A stretch of DNA of 64,000 nt, taken from positions 7,585-71,584 of the forward strand of contig MCFE01000459.1 in the NCBI GenBank assembly GCA_002104905.1. Reading direction: 5' to 3'. The stretch comes from Basidiobolus meristosporus CBS 931.73. Taxonomy: Eukaryota > Fungi > Basidiobolomycota. The position numbers were made by a program, and so were the translations under genes. The notes beneath the pieces are model-generated. The model had not been told where the DNA came from and made no database searches. It saw only the letters and a list, made by a program, of their open reading frames with translations. The first letter of the stretch is position 1; each line of letters begins with the position of its first letter. Of the stretch, positions 23,544 through 35,386 are shown piece after piece.

Positions 23544-26500
23544 ATGACTTCTACCAGCAAACAAAGCAATACCAACATCTTCCCTGTAAACGAGAGGTTT
23601 GATGGGAAGAACTACAGACTTTGGAGAATCAAGATGCAGATCCACCTTGAGGAAAGAAAGCTTTGGAACATAGTAACAGGAAAGGAAGTTGAGCCCAAAG
23701 GAACAGCAGAAGATGTGGAGAAGTTTCAAGAGAAGGAGAGAAAGGCCTTCAATGCAATATGCATCAATGTGCAAGACTCCTTCATTGGACAAATCCATGC
23801 CTCAAATACTGCCAAAGCAGCATGGGAATCCTTAGAGAAGATCTTTAGAGCAAAGTCCGTATCAAGCAAGCTTTATTTGAAACAAGAGTTCTTCAACATG
23901 AGAAAAATGCCAGATGATGACATGCTACAACTCATTACCAGAATGGAGACACTTGCACAAGAACTTTACAGTATTAATGCTGGTGTAGATGATGAAGAAA
24001 GGATACTCTGTCTGCTTTGCAGCCTACCAGACGTATATGAGCCACTCATACTTTCTTTTGAAAGCAGAGAAGACAACTTGACTTTAGACTATGTCAAAGG
24101 AAGACTTCTCCATGAAGAACTCAGATGTAATGATCAAGCAGAGAAAATTGAATATAATGCTTTATTCAGTTCAGAAAGGCATACAGAAAAGAAGGGAAAG
24201 CAACAAAACCTAAGAAAACCTGGCTGCTGTAACTACTGTAAGAAGCCAGGACACTGGGCAAGAGAATGCAAGTAGAAACAAGCAGACAAAAAACAGAAAC
24301 TGGAGCAGTCCAACCATATAACTACTGATGAACAGTTATTTGTAACTGTACAAGAGTATGCAAGTAACCAAAGTAATGAATGGTATATTGACTCTGGAGC
24401 ATCACAGCATATTTGTGCTATAAAGGATTGGTTCAGCAACTTAAAGACTATTCCCGTAAAAAAGGTTCACCTGGGAGATAACTCTGCATTGGAAGCTACC
24501 GCCAGTGGGTCTATACAACTAAATATGAGTGATAACTCAGGGGCAACAACAGCAAAACTGACTGACATACTCTATGTACCTGGAATAGCTAAGAACCTAC
24601 TCTCAGTCAGTAAAGCAACTACTCAGGGACTGAAATTTGATTTTACTATGCTGAGCTGCTCAATATTGAGTGAAAATGGACAAAAATTAGCTTTGGGAAT
24701 CAGAGATCACAATATATACAAGTTACAACGCAAGATCATTGTACCTGAGTATTTTAACATTGCTGAAACTGATGAAACCAACTGGGAGATGTGGCATAGG
24801 AGGCTTGGACACATAGGGGAACAGAAAATGAGCCAATTGGTGAAAAATCAGCTTGTTTTGGGCCTAAAGTACTCAATTCCAATCAAATTGAATGTTTGTA
24901 AGGGATGTTCATATGGCAAACAAGCTAGGCAACATTTCAAGAGCTCAGAAGGCATCAATATCACCGGAATATTGGCTATTGTACACTCAGACATATGTGG
25001 CCCCATGAGAACACTGTCCTTTGGAGCCAAGAGATACTTTATGACATTTATTGATGACAAGACAAGATATACATGGGTGTACTTCCTCAAAACAAAGGAT
25101 GAAGCTTTAAAGAGGTTTAAGCACTTCAAGAACATGGCAGAAACACAAACTGGATGTAAATTGAAGGTACTACAAAGTGACAATGGAGGAGAATACTGCT
25201 CAAAGGAGTTTGCAAAATACTGCTTGTCTACTGGTATACTTCAACAGACCACAGTTCCTCATACTCCACAGCAAAACAGAGTAGCAGAACGTGCAAATGT
25301 TACAAGTCTTGGTATAAGAGTTGTAGAGGAATAGGGAGTTTAGCTAGTATTGTATTCACTAAAACTTGAACTGATTTTTATTGAGGTTCCAGCAGCTCCT
25401 TATATACATTTTGCCAGATCAATTGCTGACTAATTGTATTTCTAATGTAGGTTGTGGTTGATGACTCATTTGATTGCATCATCATCACCCAATAAGATCC
25501 TACTTAATATATCTATTTCTGTCTGATAAGGATCTGCTGATTCATTTGCTGACTAATGCTACTGATTTCATAGATAATACTGATATACTGATAACCTAAA
25601 CATATACTAATTGATTTGACTAAAAACTGATCTAACTTAAACATTCAAGCGGCAGATCATAACACAAATAGAACAAAAGTAGAGATGGGAAGATCTATGC
25701 TACATGATCAGGGAATGGACTACAAGTTTTGGGCTGAATCTGTTGCTACTGCTGTATACATCAAGAATAGATGCCCAACAACAGCACTACGTGATTCTAC
25801 ACCCTTTGAAGCATATATAGGCAAAAAACCCGATCTCCAGCATCTCAGGATCTTTGGCAGTGATATTTTTTATCACATCCCTGACAAAAGACGCTCAAAG
25901 TTGGAACCAAAGAGTAGAAAGGGATCTTTCTTGGGTACTGTAAAGATACTAAAGGGAATAGAGTGTATGATGGCAAAATTCAGAAGCTGATCAAGAGCAG
26001 GGACATTGTATTTGAGGAGAATTCAGATCAGAAAGCCACAGAAATCATTGGCCAGCTGCCTGATGATGAAATCAACACAAATGAAGAAGATACGTACCAA
26101 ATCCAGCCAGAGATGGATGATACTTCTACCAGTTCCAGATCAGAACAGATTATCCCAGTTAGGAGATCTACCAGAATAAGAAATGCCCCTGGATCCTGGT
26201 GGCAGACATCCAATGATCATGAAGAAGCTTATCTTGCCTTATATGCCAAACCTCAGAATCTGGAACAGGCAATGCAAGGTCCAGATGCTACTAAGTGGCA
26301 ACAAGCCATGCAGGAGGAGTACCAATCACTGATCAAGGCAAAAACGTGGGAACTGGTAAACTTACCAAATGTGAGAAAGCCAATAGGATGTAGATGGGTC
26401 TACAAGATCAAGATAACCTCTAATGGTGCCGTTGATAAGTACAAGACTAGATTGGTAGCTAAAGGCTATTCCCAGATCCAGGGACTAGACTTTAAGGAAA

Positions 26501-27810
26501 CATTTGCTTTGGTTGCCAAGTTTAACTCTATTAGGACAGTTGTAGCCCTGGCAGCTGTACACAGTCTAGATCTACACCAAATGGACGTCAAAACAGCCTT
26601 TCTAAATGGGGATTTGCAAGAAAGTATATATATGGAGCAACCAGAATGTTTTACTGATCCAAAAGGCCCACATAGGGTGTGCAAACTTAGAAAATTGTTG
26701 TATGGGCTTAAGCAGGCACCCAGAACATGGTATAACAAGATTGATACATATCTAGAGGAAATTGGGTTCTCTTGTAGCACTGCAGATCACAGTATATATG
26801 TGAAACAGCTCAAAAAGGGTGTGATCATCGTAGTTCTTTATGTGGACAACCTAATTATAGCTTCAAGTGATCAAGAGGCACTTAAACAGACAAAATCATA
26901 TCTCTTCAGCAAGCTTGAGATGAAAGATCTTGGAAAATTGAGCTATTTTCTTGGATATGAGGTCAAATTTGACATACCTATGCAGAAAATTGTGCTGAAT
27001 CAGTCTTAGTACATCAGGGACATTCTTAGACGCTTCAAAATGGAAAATTGCAAACCTGCAGAAACCCCTATGGACAATAACCTGAAATTAAGCAAATCTC
27101 AGCCAGTTATAGATGAAAATGGCTCAAATATGGACCAAAACTTTCCCTATCAATCAATGGTTGGAAGCCTAATGTACTTGATGGTGTCTACACGTCCAGA
27201 TATTGCAGTAGCAGTTGGAATAGTCAGTCAATTCATGCAGAATTATGGATCAGATCAAATTGCAGCAGTTAAGCGGATTTTCCAATATCTACAAGGTACC
27301 ATAAATATGGTACTGGAATACTCTGGAGCAGCTAATAGGCAAAAATTTGATGGTTATAGTGATTCAGATTGGGGTAGGGATCTGATTGACAGACGATCTA
27401 CCACAGGCAATGTATTTCTTTATGCTGGTGCAGCTATTACTTGGAATTGCAAGAAACAACCAACTGTGGCACTATCTACAACTGAAGCCAAATATATGGC
27501 TGCATGTCAAGCAACTAAGGAGGCTATATGGCTACAAAAATTATTCAAAGACTTAGGTTTTAATTAAGGTGAACCAACATGTATTTACAAGGATAATCAA
27601 TGTTGTATTTCATTAGCTAGAAATCCTACTAATCATGCCAGAACTAAGCACATTGATATACAGCATCACTTTGTGAGGGAAGCTGTAGAAAGTAACTTAG
27701 TGGCACTGGTTTACTGCCCAACTGAAAAATGGTGGCAGACATATTGACAAAACCACTAGCTAGGCCACAGTTTGAGATCCTTAGAGAGAAATTGTGAGTA
27801 AGAAATTATT
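23544..27810 (+). pseudogene. A2 gag-pol (Gag, CCHC, PR, IN, RT, RH), broken by stops, frameshifts and a solo Gypsy LTR
   Basis: ORFs 23544-24275, 24489-25297, 25685-25990, 25963-27009 and 27040-27567 in Copia domain order. Confidence 0.93.
25298..25664 (-). mobile_element. Solo LTR of Gypsy family G in the A2 integrase
   Basis: Reverse complement of the G LTR; 4-bp TSD CAAA restores GAACGTGCAAATAGA. Confidence 0.96.
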
Positions 27811-29937
27811 TAGTTAAGGGGGAGTGTTGAAATATTGGACTGTTTGGTATCATTCAGCAGCTAAAAATTTACTTAACAATTCTAGGCTAGTCTTAGTCAC
27901 TGTAGTACTCATTTACTGCCTTAACTTTGCCACTTTCTCCAGATATATGATCTTATGATTATTCCCTTAGAGTCAGGATCAAATTAGCACTATTACCAAA
28001 CATTATGTACTAACCCTGAAACTGTTACAGAATGCTCCTGAATATTGAGAAACCCTCCCTACTTAGTGTTGCAGATGTATTACTTCTACAAAGGTATAAA
28101 TACTGAGCTTCTTTATGAATAAACAACAGTTCAACTATTATCACTATTTCTTGATAAGTTCCTTATATCCAAATCACTTCTTAAATTGCAACAGAAGACA
28201 TGTACCAAATCCAGCCAGATATGAAAGATATTACTACCAGTTGCAGATCAGAACAGATTGTCCCAGTTAGGAGATCTACCAGAATAAAAAATGCCCATGG
28301 ATCCTGGTGGCAGACATACAATGATCATGAAGAAGCTTATCTTGCCTTATGTGCCCAACCTCAGAATCTGGAACAGGCAATGCAAAGTCCAGATGCTCCT
28401 ATGGGGCAACAAGCTATGCAGGAGGAGTACCAATCACTGATCAAGGCAAAAATGTGGGAATTGGTAAACTTACCAAATGTGAGAAAGCCAATAGGATGTA
28501 GATGGGTCTACAAGGTCAAGATAACCTCAAATGGTGCTGTTGATAAGTACAAGGCTAGATTAGTGGCTCAAGGCTATTCCCAGATCCAGGAATGACCTGG
28601 TTATAACTACATGTGACCAAGAGGAACTTAAACAGACAAAATCATATCTCTTCAGCAAGCTTGAGATGAAAGATCTTGGAAAATTGAGCTATTTTCTTGC
28701 AATTGAGGTCAAATTTGACATACCTGTGCAGAATATTGTGCTGAATCAGTCTAAGCACATCAGGGACATTCTTAGATGCTTTAAAATGAAAAATTGCAAA
28801 CCTGAAGCTACCCCTATGGACAATAACCCAAAAATAAGTAAATCTCAGTCAGTTATAGATGAAACAGCTCAAATATGGACCAAAACTTTCCCTAGCAGTC
28901 AATGGTTGGTAGCCTAATGTACTTGATGGTGTTTACACGTCCAGATATTGCAGTGGCAGTTGGAATAGGTAGTCAATACATGCGGAATTATTGATCAGAT
29001 CAAATTGCAGCAGTTAAGCGGATTTTCTGATATCTACAAGGTACCAAGAATATGGTACTGGAATACTCTGGAGCAGATAATAGGCAAAAATTCAATGGCT
29101 TTAGTGATTCAGATTGGGGTAGGGATCTGATTGACAGATGCTCTACCACAGACTATGTATTTCTTTATGCTGGTGCAGCTATTACTTGGAATTGCAAGAA
29201 ACAACCAACTGTGGCCCTATCTACAACTGAAGCAGAATATATGGCTGCATTTCAAGCAACTAAGGAGGCTATATGGCTACCAAAATTATGCAAAGACTTG
29301 GGTTTTAATTCAGATGAGCCAACATGCACATACAAGGATTATCAAAGTTGTATTTCATTAGCTAGAAATCCTACTAATCATGCCAGAACTACGCACATTG
29401 ATATACAGCATCACTTTGTGAGGGAAGCTGTAGAAAATAACTTAGTAGAGTTAGTGTACTGCCCAAATAACAAAATGGTGGCAGATATATTGACAAAACC
29501 ACTAGCTAGGCCACAATTTGAGAATCTCAGGGAGGAATTAGGATTAGGAAATTATTTAGTTGAGGGGGATTGCTGCAATATTGGACTATTTGGTATCATT
29601 CTGCAGCTAAAAATTTACTTAACAATTCTGGACTAGTCTTGCTCACTGTGGGACTAATTTACAGCTCTAACTTTGCCACTTTCTTCAGATCTATGATCTT
29701 ATGATTATTCCCTTCTAGTCAGGATCAAATTAGCCCTAATATTAACCATTATGTACTAACCCTGAAACAGTTACAGAAGCTCCTGAGTATTGAGAAACCC
29801 TCCTTACTTAGTGTTACAGCTGTATTACTCCTACAAAGGTTAATAACTGAGTCTCTTTATCAACACACAACAGTTCAACTATTATCACTATTTCTTGACA
29901 AGTTCCTTATATCCAAAACACTTCTTAAATTGCAGCA

Positions 29938-30944
29938 GCTTATCCTAACACATTGCCTGATGGCAATAGATATGTTTAATCACCATGAGACCACAAGCTA
30001 ATAAATATATGAATTCAACCTACCCTTTGAAAGAATGTTTGGTTTTATGAGTCAATTCTAGCAAGATTGGCCATCAAGATTCTGCAATGATACTATCATA
30101 ATGCTGGTTGATTAGAGTTCTTGACCCTCAACAGGATCTTATGATAGGATTGTGACATTGTGTGCTGGTTTGAGATCAATAAAATTAAAAGCTTGAAAGT
30201 ATTCAAACAGTGTTTTGGCAAGAAATGTGTTATATTTTTACAGTTTTAATGTATTCTACATTGATTTGAGCAGACCCATCAAGTTTACATGGCAAGAAAC
30301 TTGACAGCATTCTGATAGCATCATTGCAAACCTCTGCTAGCATTATAACAGGAGCATTATGGTAATTTTTTTAATCATACCTATGTTGCTCAGAATAGTG
30401 CTTTCCTTGCTTTATTTACTCTGCATAATGCTCCACACTCATTTCTCTCAGTGGATGTCTTCATGTATCAATATAATGTGCATTAATAAGTATCTTAACT
30501 ATTCTCCCATTTTGCTGTTTTCTCCTACTTATGACTTTCCTCTGCATTTACCAACCAATATGCCAAATCTCTTCAGATGTCCAAATGTATGCTTTACCAT
30601 CACTCTGAAATGATTAAATATTGCATTGTAGAGCTTCTGCTTACTGCTAAGCACACCATTCCTAGTAGTGGCAGAGATCTATATGTTCAGCTTTATTTTT
30701 GTAGTGTAGCTGCCTAAATCCCATCACAAACTCCTTGTACAAAAGCTGTAGAGGTGTTAAGTTGGCATTAGTGATCTGCTTCTAGATCAATATTCATTCA
30801 ATGTCCACATATAACTCACAATGCTTTGATTTTTAGTGTTTAGGTTATAATAATGTGTGTGAGTTATGAAGTAAGTCCCCTGGAGCTCACATATTTGACA
30901 GCAATGCTGCCCATTGTGCCCAGAGAAGCCTGCTATCTTAATGA
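29938..30944 (-). mobile_element. Fragments of CACTA family D (D3), containing a family X transposase-tail fragment at ~30355-30663
   Basis: 30100-30350 resembles 42940-43190; 30664-30944 resembles 44060-44220 plus 44650-44765; 30355-30663 resembles 1255-1565. Confidence 0.65.
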
Positions 30945-33900
30945 TGTTATGATCTGCTGCTTGAATGTTTAAGTTAGATCAGTTTTTAGTCATATCAATT
31001 AGTATATGTTTAGGTTATCAGTATATCAGTATTATCTATGAAATCAGTAGCATTAGTCAGCAAATGAATCAGCAGATCCTTATCAGACAGAAATAGATAT
31101 ATTAAGTAGGATCTTATTGGGTGATGATGATGCAATCAAATCAGTCATCAACCACAACCTACATTAGAAATACAATTAGTCAGCAATTGATCTGGCAAGA
31201 TGTATATAAGGAGCTGCTGGAACCTCTATAAAAATCAGTTCAGGTTTTAGTGAATACAATACTAGCTAAACTCCCTTTTATCTACAACTCTTATACAAAG
31301 ACTTGTAACACTGGTAGCAGCAATAACCAGAAACCTCCCTCCTGAAGAAAGAAGAAACCACCCTCAAGAAGTCGGACAATCAAGAATGGAAGAATGCAAT
31401 GCAGCAAATCCAGGCCTAACAGCAACAGTTACTCCAGATCCTCAGCCAACAGCAACAAGGAATGACTACCATGGCTCAGAACCAGCAAAGCCCTGTTAAG
31501 AGCAACCTTAGTGTAAAGGTCAACTGGTACCATGGCAGAGTCAATGAAAACCTGGGAACTTGGCTCTTTCAGATTGAAGAAGCTTTTAAAGCTAAAGGAA
31601 TTGCTCCAGAAAGCAAGTTGCATTATGCAGCTTCTTACCTGGCAGATGCAGCTTTACAGTGGTACCACAACAAGATCAGGTCGGCCACTATGATGGGATG
31701 CACTACAATCTCTACCTGGGATGAGTGTGTGTCGGAAATTCAGGATGCTTTTGAACCTCCACACCAGCAGACACTACTAAGAAGGAAGTTAAAGACACTC
31801 AGACAGAAAGGAGTGGTGCAAGAATACATCTATGAGTACAGATGTCTACTTGGACAAATTGAAAGAATGGATCCCTTAGATCAAATTGAATACTTTATTG
31901 ATGGGTTGAAAGAAAGAACTTGCAAGGAAGTGAATTACCAAAGACCTCAGACTATTGAAGAAGCCATCAAGATTGCTATTGACTATGACTCAGCTATGTT
32001 TGGAGTTGGGAAGCCTACAGTGACTAATCAGAAAGGCTACAATCTTTATGAAAGAAGACAATCAGAAGCAGCACCAATGGAAATAGATGCTATGCAGAAG
32101 AATCCTACCTCAGAAGAATGTAAGAAGAAAGGACTTTGTTTCAATTGCCACCAGCAAGGACATATTGCAAAGTACTGCTCTCAGAGAAGAAATGGACACC
32201 AGCCAACAAGAACCTTCAACCATATTGAGTCCCATGAACAGAGTAATGTGGAAGACAAGCTTGAAGAAGACTTGGAACTCACCTTCTATATGACAGAAGA
32301 GTACTTGTCCCAAATGGCCTCAAACTCAGGGAAGTTATTGTACTTGAATGGAGTAATCAATGGAGTACCTGCCAAGATCATGATTGACTCAGAAGCATTG
32401 CAAGAGTACATGTTGGAGCAATTTGCCTTGAAAGCTGGAATCAACTTGGAACCTACCAAATCAACTTGAGTCTCCACAGCTGATGGGAACTCTCACATAA
32501 TCAACCATATTACCCAGCCAGTAAGAATGAAGATCAAGGACTACAAAGAAGACCTACAGGCTTATATATTTGGGAACTGCAAGTTTGACCTTGAACTTGG
32601 AAAAACCTGGCTATTTTGTTGTAATCCATCAATCAACTGGAGAACCCATGCTACTGAGATCCAAAAAGACAACAAGACCTATGAGCTATTACCTGCCAGG
32701 CTGGACTTCAACTTGGTCAATTCCAGTATGTGTGAGACAAGTGAACTTAGCAAGACCCAGTTCTGTAGAGCACTTAGAAAAGGAACCCAGATGTTCCTCA
32801 TGGCTGTATTACAGGTGGATTCTGCTACCCCAGCACCCCAGCAGGTCCAGACTCTCTTGAAGAAATATTTGGACGTGTTTCCAGATGAGCTTGTAAGCCT
32901 ACCACCAGTCAGAGACGTGGATCATGCCATTGACACAGGAGATAGCCCTCCAGTGAGCAAGACACCTTACAGAATGAGTCCAATGGAATTGGAGGAAATG
33001 AAGAGACAAATTGATCAGCTATTGGAGCAAGGATATATCAGGCCCAGCAAGTCACCCTGGGGAGCACCGGTGCTTTTTGTGAAAAAGAAGGATGGAACAC
33101 TTAGGATGTGCATTGACTACAGAGCCCTGAACTCAGTTACTGTCAAGAATAAGTACCCCATACCTTGGATTGATGAGCTTTTGGACCAACTTAATCAAGC
33201 CACTATTTTCAGCAAGATTGACCTCATGTCAGGATACAACCCAATTAGGGTGAAGCCAGAAGACATCCCTAAGACAGCATTCAGGACCAGATATGAACAT
33301 TGCAAGTACTTAGTCATGAGTTTTGGCCTCACCAATGCCCCTGCAGCTTTCATGACCCTGATGCAGACTGTCTTCCAGGAGTACTTAGACAAGTTTGTCA
33401 TAATCTACCTAGATGATATACTGATATACTGCAAGACAGAAGAGGATCACTTGGTGCACATTGAAAAGGTCTTGAAGGAGCTAAGAGAGAACAAGCTTTA
33501 TGGCAAGCTACCCAAGTGTGAATTCTTCAAGGAACACGTAGAATATCTGGGACACATAGTTACTAGCACAGGAGTAACTGTAGACCCCAAGAAGGTGGAA
33601 GTAATCAAGAATATGAAGCAGCCCCATAGCACATCAGAACTCAGATCATTCCTTGGAATGGTTTCCTATTATCAAAGATTTGCCAAGTCTTTTGCAAGTA
33701 TTGCAGCCCCTTTAACTGATATCCTCAAGGAAGACAATACCTACAAGTGGGACATAGCTTGTGAGACTGCCTTCCAGATGCTCAAGAATGAACTTGCTAA
33801 GCTGCCAAGCTTAAGAATACCAGGCTTCAGAAAAGAGTTCACTCTGTGCACAGATGCTTCAGATTATGCAATTGGTGGAGTGCTGAGCCAAGAACACAAG

Positions 33901-35386
33901 GGAAAGGACTACCCTGTTGCCTTTGAATCCAAGAAACTGAACTCAGCAGAACAAAACTATCCAGTCCATGAGAAGGACATGCTTGCTATAATACACTGTT
34001 TGAAGACATGGAGATGCTATATTGAAGGAGTCAAATGCACTGTGAAGACTGATCATGCCTCCCTCAAGTATATATTTACTCAGAAGGTACTCTCTAGAAG
34101 AATGACAAGATGGAGTGAATACATTCAGCAATTTGACCTGAAGATTGTCTACTGTCCTGGAAAAAACAACACAGTTGCTGATGCCTTATCAAGATTAGAT
34201 CAAGTTGCACAACTCAACTTGGTGCATGAATCAGATTGGCCTAGCCTATTACCAAAGTACTTGGAGGACCAAGCCATTCCTAATGAGGTGGATGAAGATA
34301 TCAAGAAGATAATCCGTGATGAAGCCAGCAAATTTGTTGTACAGGATGAAACACTCTACCAAATTGTTGATGGAAGCCCTATTGCCTATTGTCCTTATGT
34401 TGCTTGCCTGGATTTAATACATAAGCTACACAATGGATATGGACATCTTGGGATTGAAGGAACCTATAGCCTTGTGAAAGCCAGAGCATGGTGGCCCAGA
34501 ATGAAACAAGATATTGAGAAGCTAGTGAAAACATGCCCAAACTGCCAAATCAATCAAGGCCAGCCACAAAGAATTGCCAAACTCTTCCCTTTGGAGCCTG
34601 TAAGACCATTTGAGAGATGGGGAATTGACTTTATTGGAGGACTACCAACTACCCGGAAATGCAACTGTTGGATCCTAGTAGCAATTGACCATGCCACTAA
34701 ATGGCCATTTGCTAAAGCTGCACCAATAGCCAGTGAACAAGAAGTTGCAAGTTTCATTTACCATGAGATCCTGATGAAGTTTGGATGCCCTGTGGATATC
34801 TTATCTGATAGAGGAGCAAGCTTTATGGCAAAGACATTAGAGGCTTACCTGGAAATGCAGCAGATCAGACACTTGAAAACCTTGGCATATCACCCCAGAA
34901 CTAATGGAGTCACTGAGCGGTTTAATGGATTATTTGGAAAAATGCTGACCAAGTATGAAAATGGAGTTGTCAGTAGATGGGATGAGTATGTAGACCAAGC
35001 ACTCTTTGCATGCAGAGTCAGAGTACACAACACCACCCAGCAATCACCATTTTACCTAGTGTATGGATGTGAACCAAGGATTCCAGGAGATCTCACACAA
35101 CCCAAGCTTACAGATGCCTTAGAAGATGAACTTAGTCAGCCAAGTAGACACCAGCAACCGGAACAAAGACATCAAGAGGCACAGACCAATGTATCTCAAA
35201 GTGCAGAAAAGATGAAGCAGAGATTTGATAAGACTATAGCACCAGAAGCATTGACAGTTGGGAACTTTGTATTGCTAAGAAACAACACTCAGAAAAAGTT
35301 TGAGCCACAATGGACAGGACCATTCAAGATCATCAGAGAATGTCCATTTGCAACTTACCAACTGGTGGACAAACAAGGCAATATCG
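30945..35386 (+). mobile_element. Gypsy G2: 5' LTR (30945-31310), PBS and gag-pol; integrase tail, PPT and 3' LTR missing
   Basis: Collinear with G1; ORFs 31462-32469 and 32527-35427 separated by a TGA stop; similarity ends at ~35386. Confidence 0.95.
32527..35386 (+). pseudogene. G2 pol (RT-RH-IN), long open frame with many Arg->Trp/Cys/Gln/His changes; integrase retains SDRG
   Basis: 966-aa ORF; its last ~13 residues are read from the adjoining CACTA DNA. Confidence 0.9.

Larger units (their letters stand above)
23139..28193 (+). mobile_element. Full-length but decayed Ty1/Copia A2 inserted in A1
   Basis: 369-bp LTRs (23139-23507, 27825-28193; ~8 differences), 5-bp TSD GAAGA, PBS GGTTATGAGCC at 23508, PPT AAGGGGGAG at 27816. 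Confidence 0.96.
21498..29937 (+). mobile_element. Copia A1 (5' truncated), split by A2 into 21498-23138 and 28194-29937; 3' LTR 29571-29937
   Basis: Gag knuckle, protease (WYIDSRAS), GAG-pre-integrase, integrase and RT/RNase H remnants; large RT deletion at ~28593; PPT GAGGGGGA. Confidence 0.9.

Noticed and set aside
24273-24275. Gag-terminating TAG with readthrough in Copia A2
   Set aside because: The other A copies have AAG at this codon.
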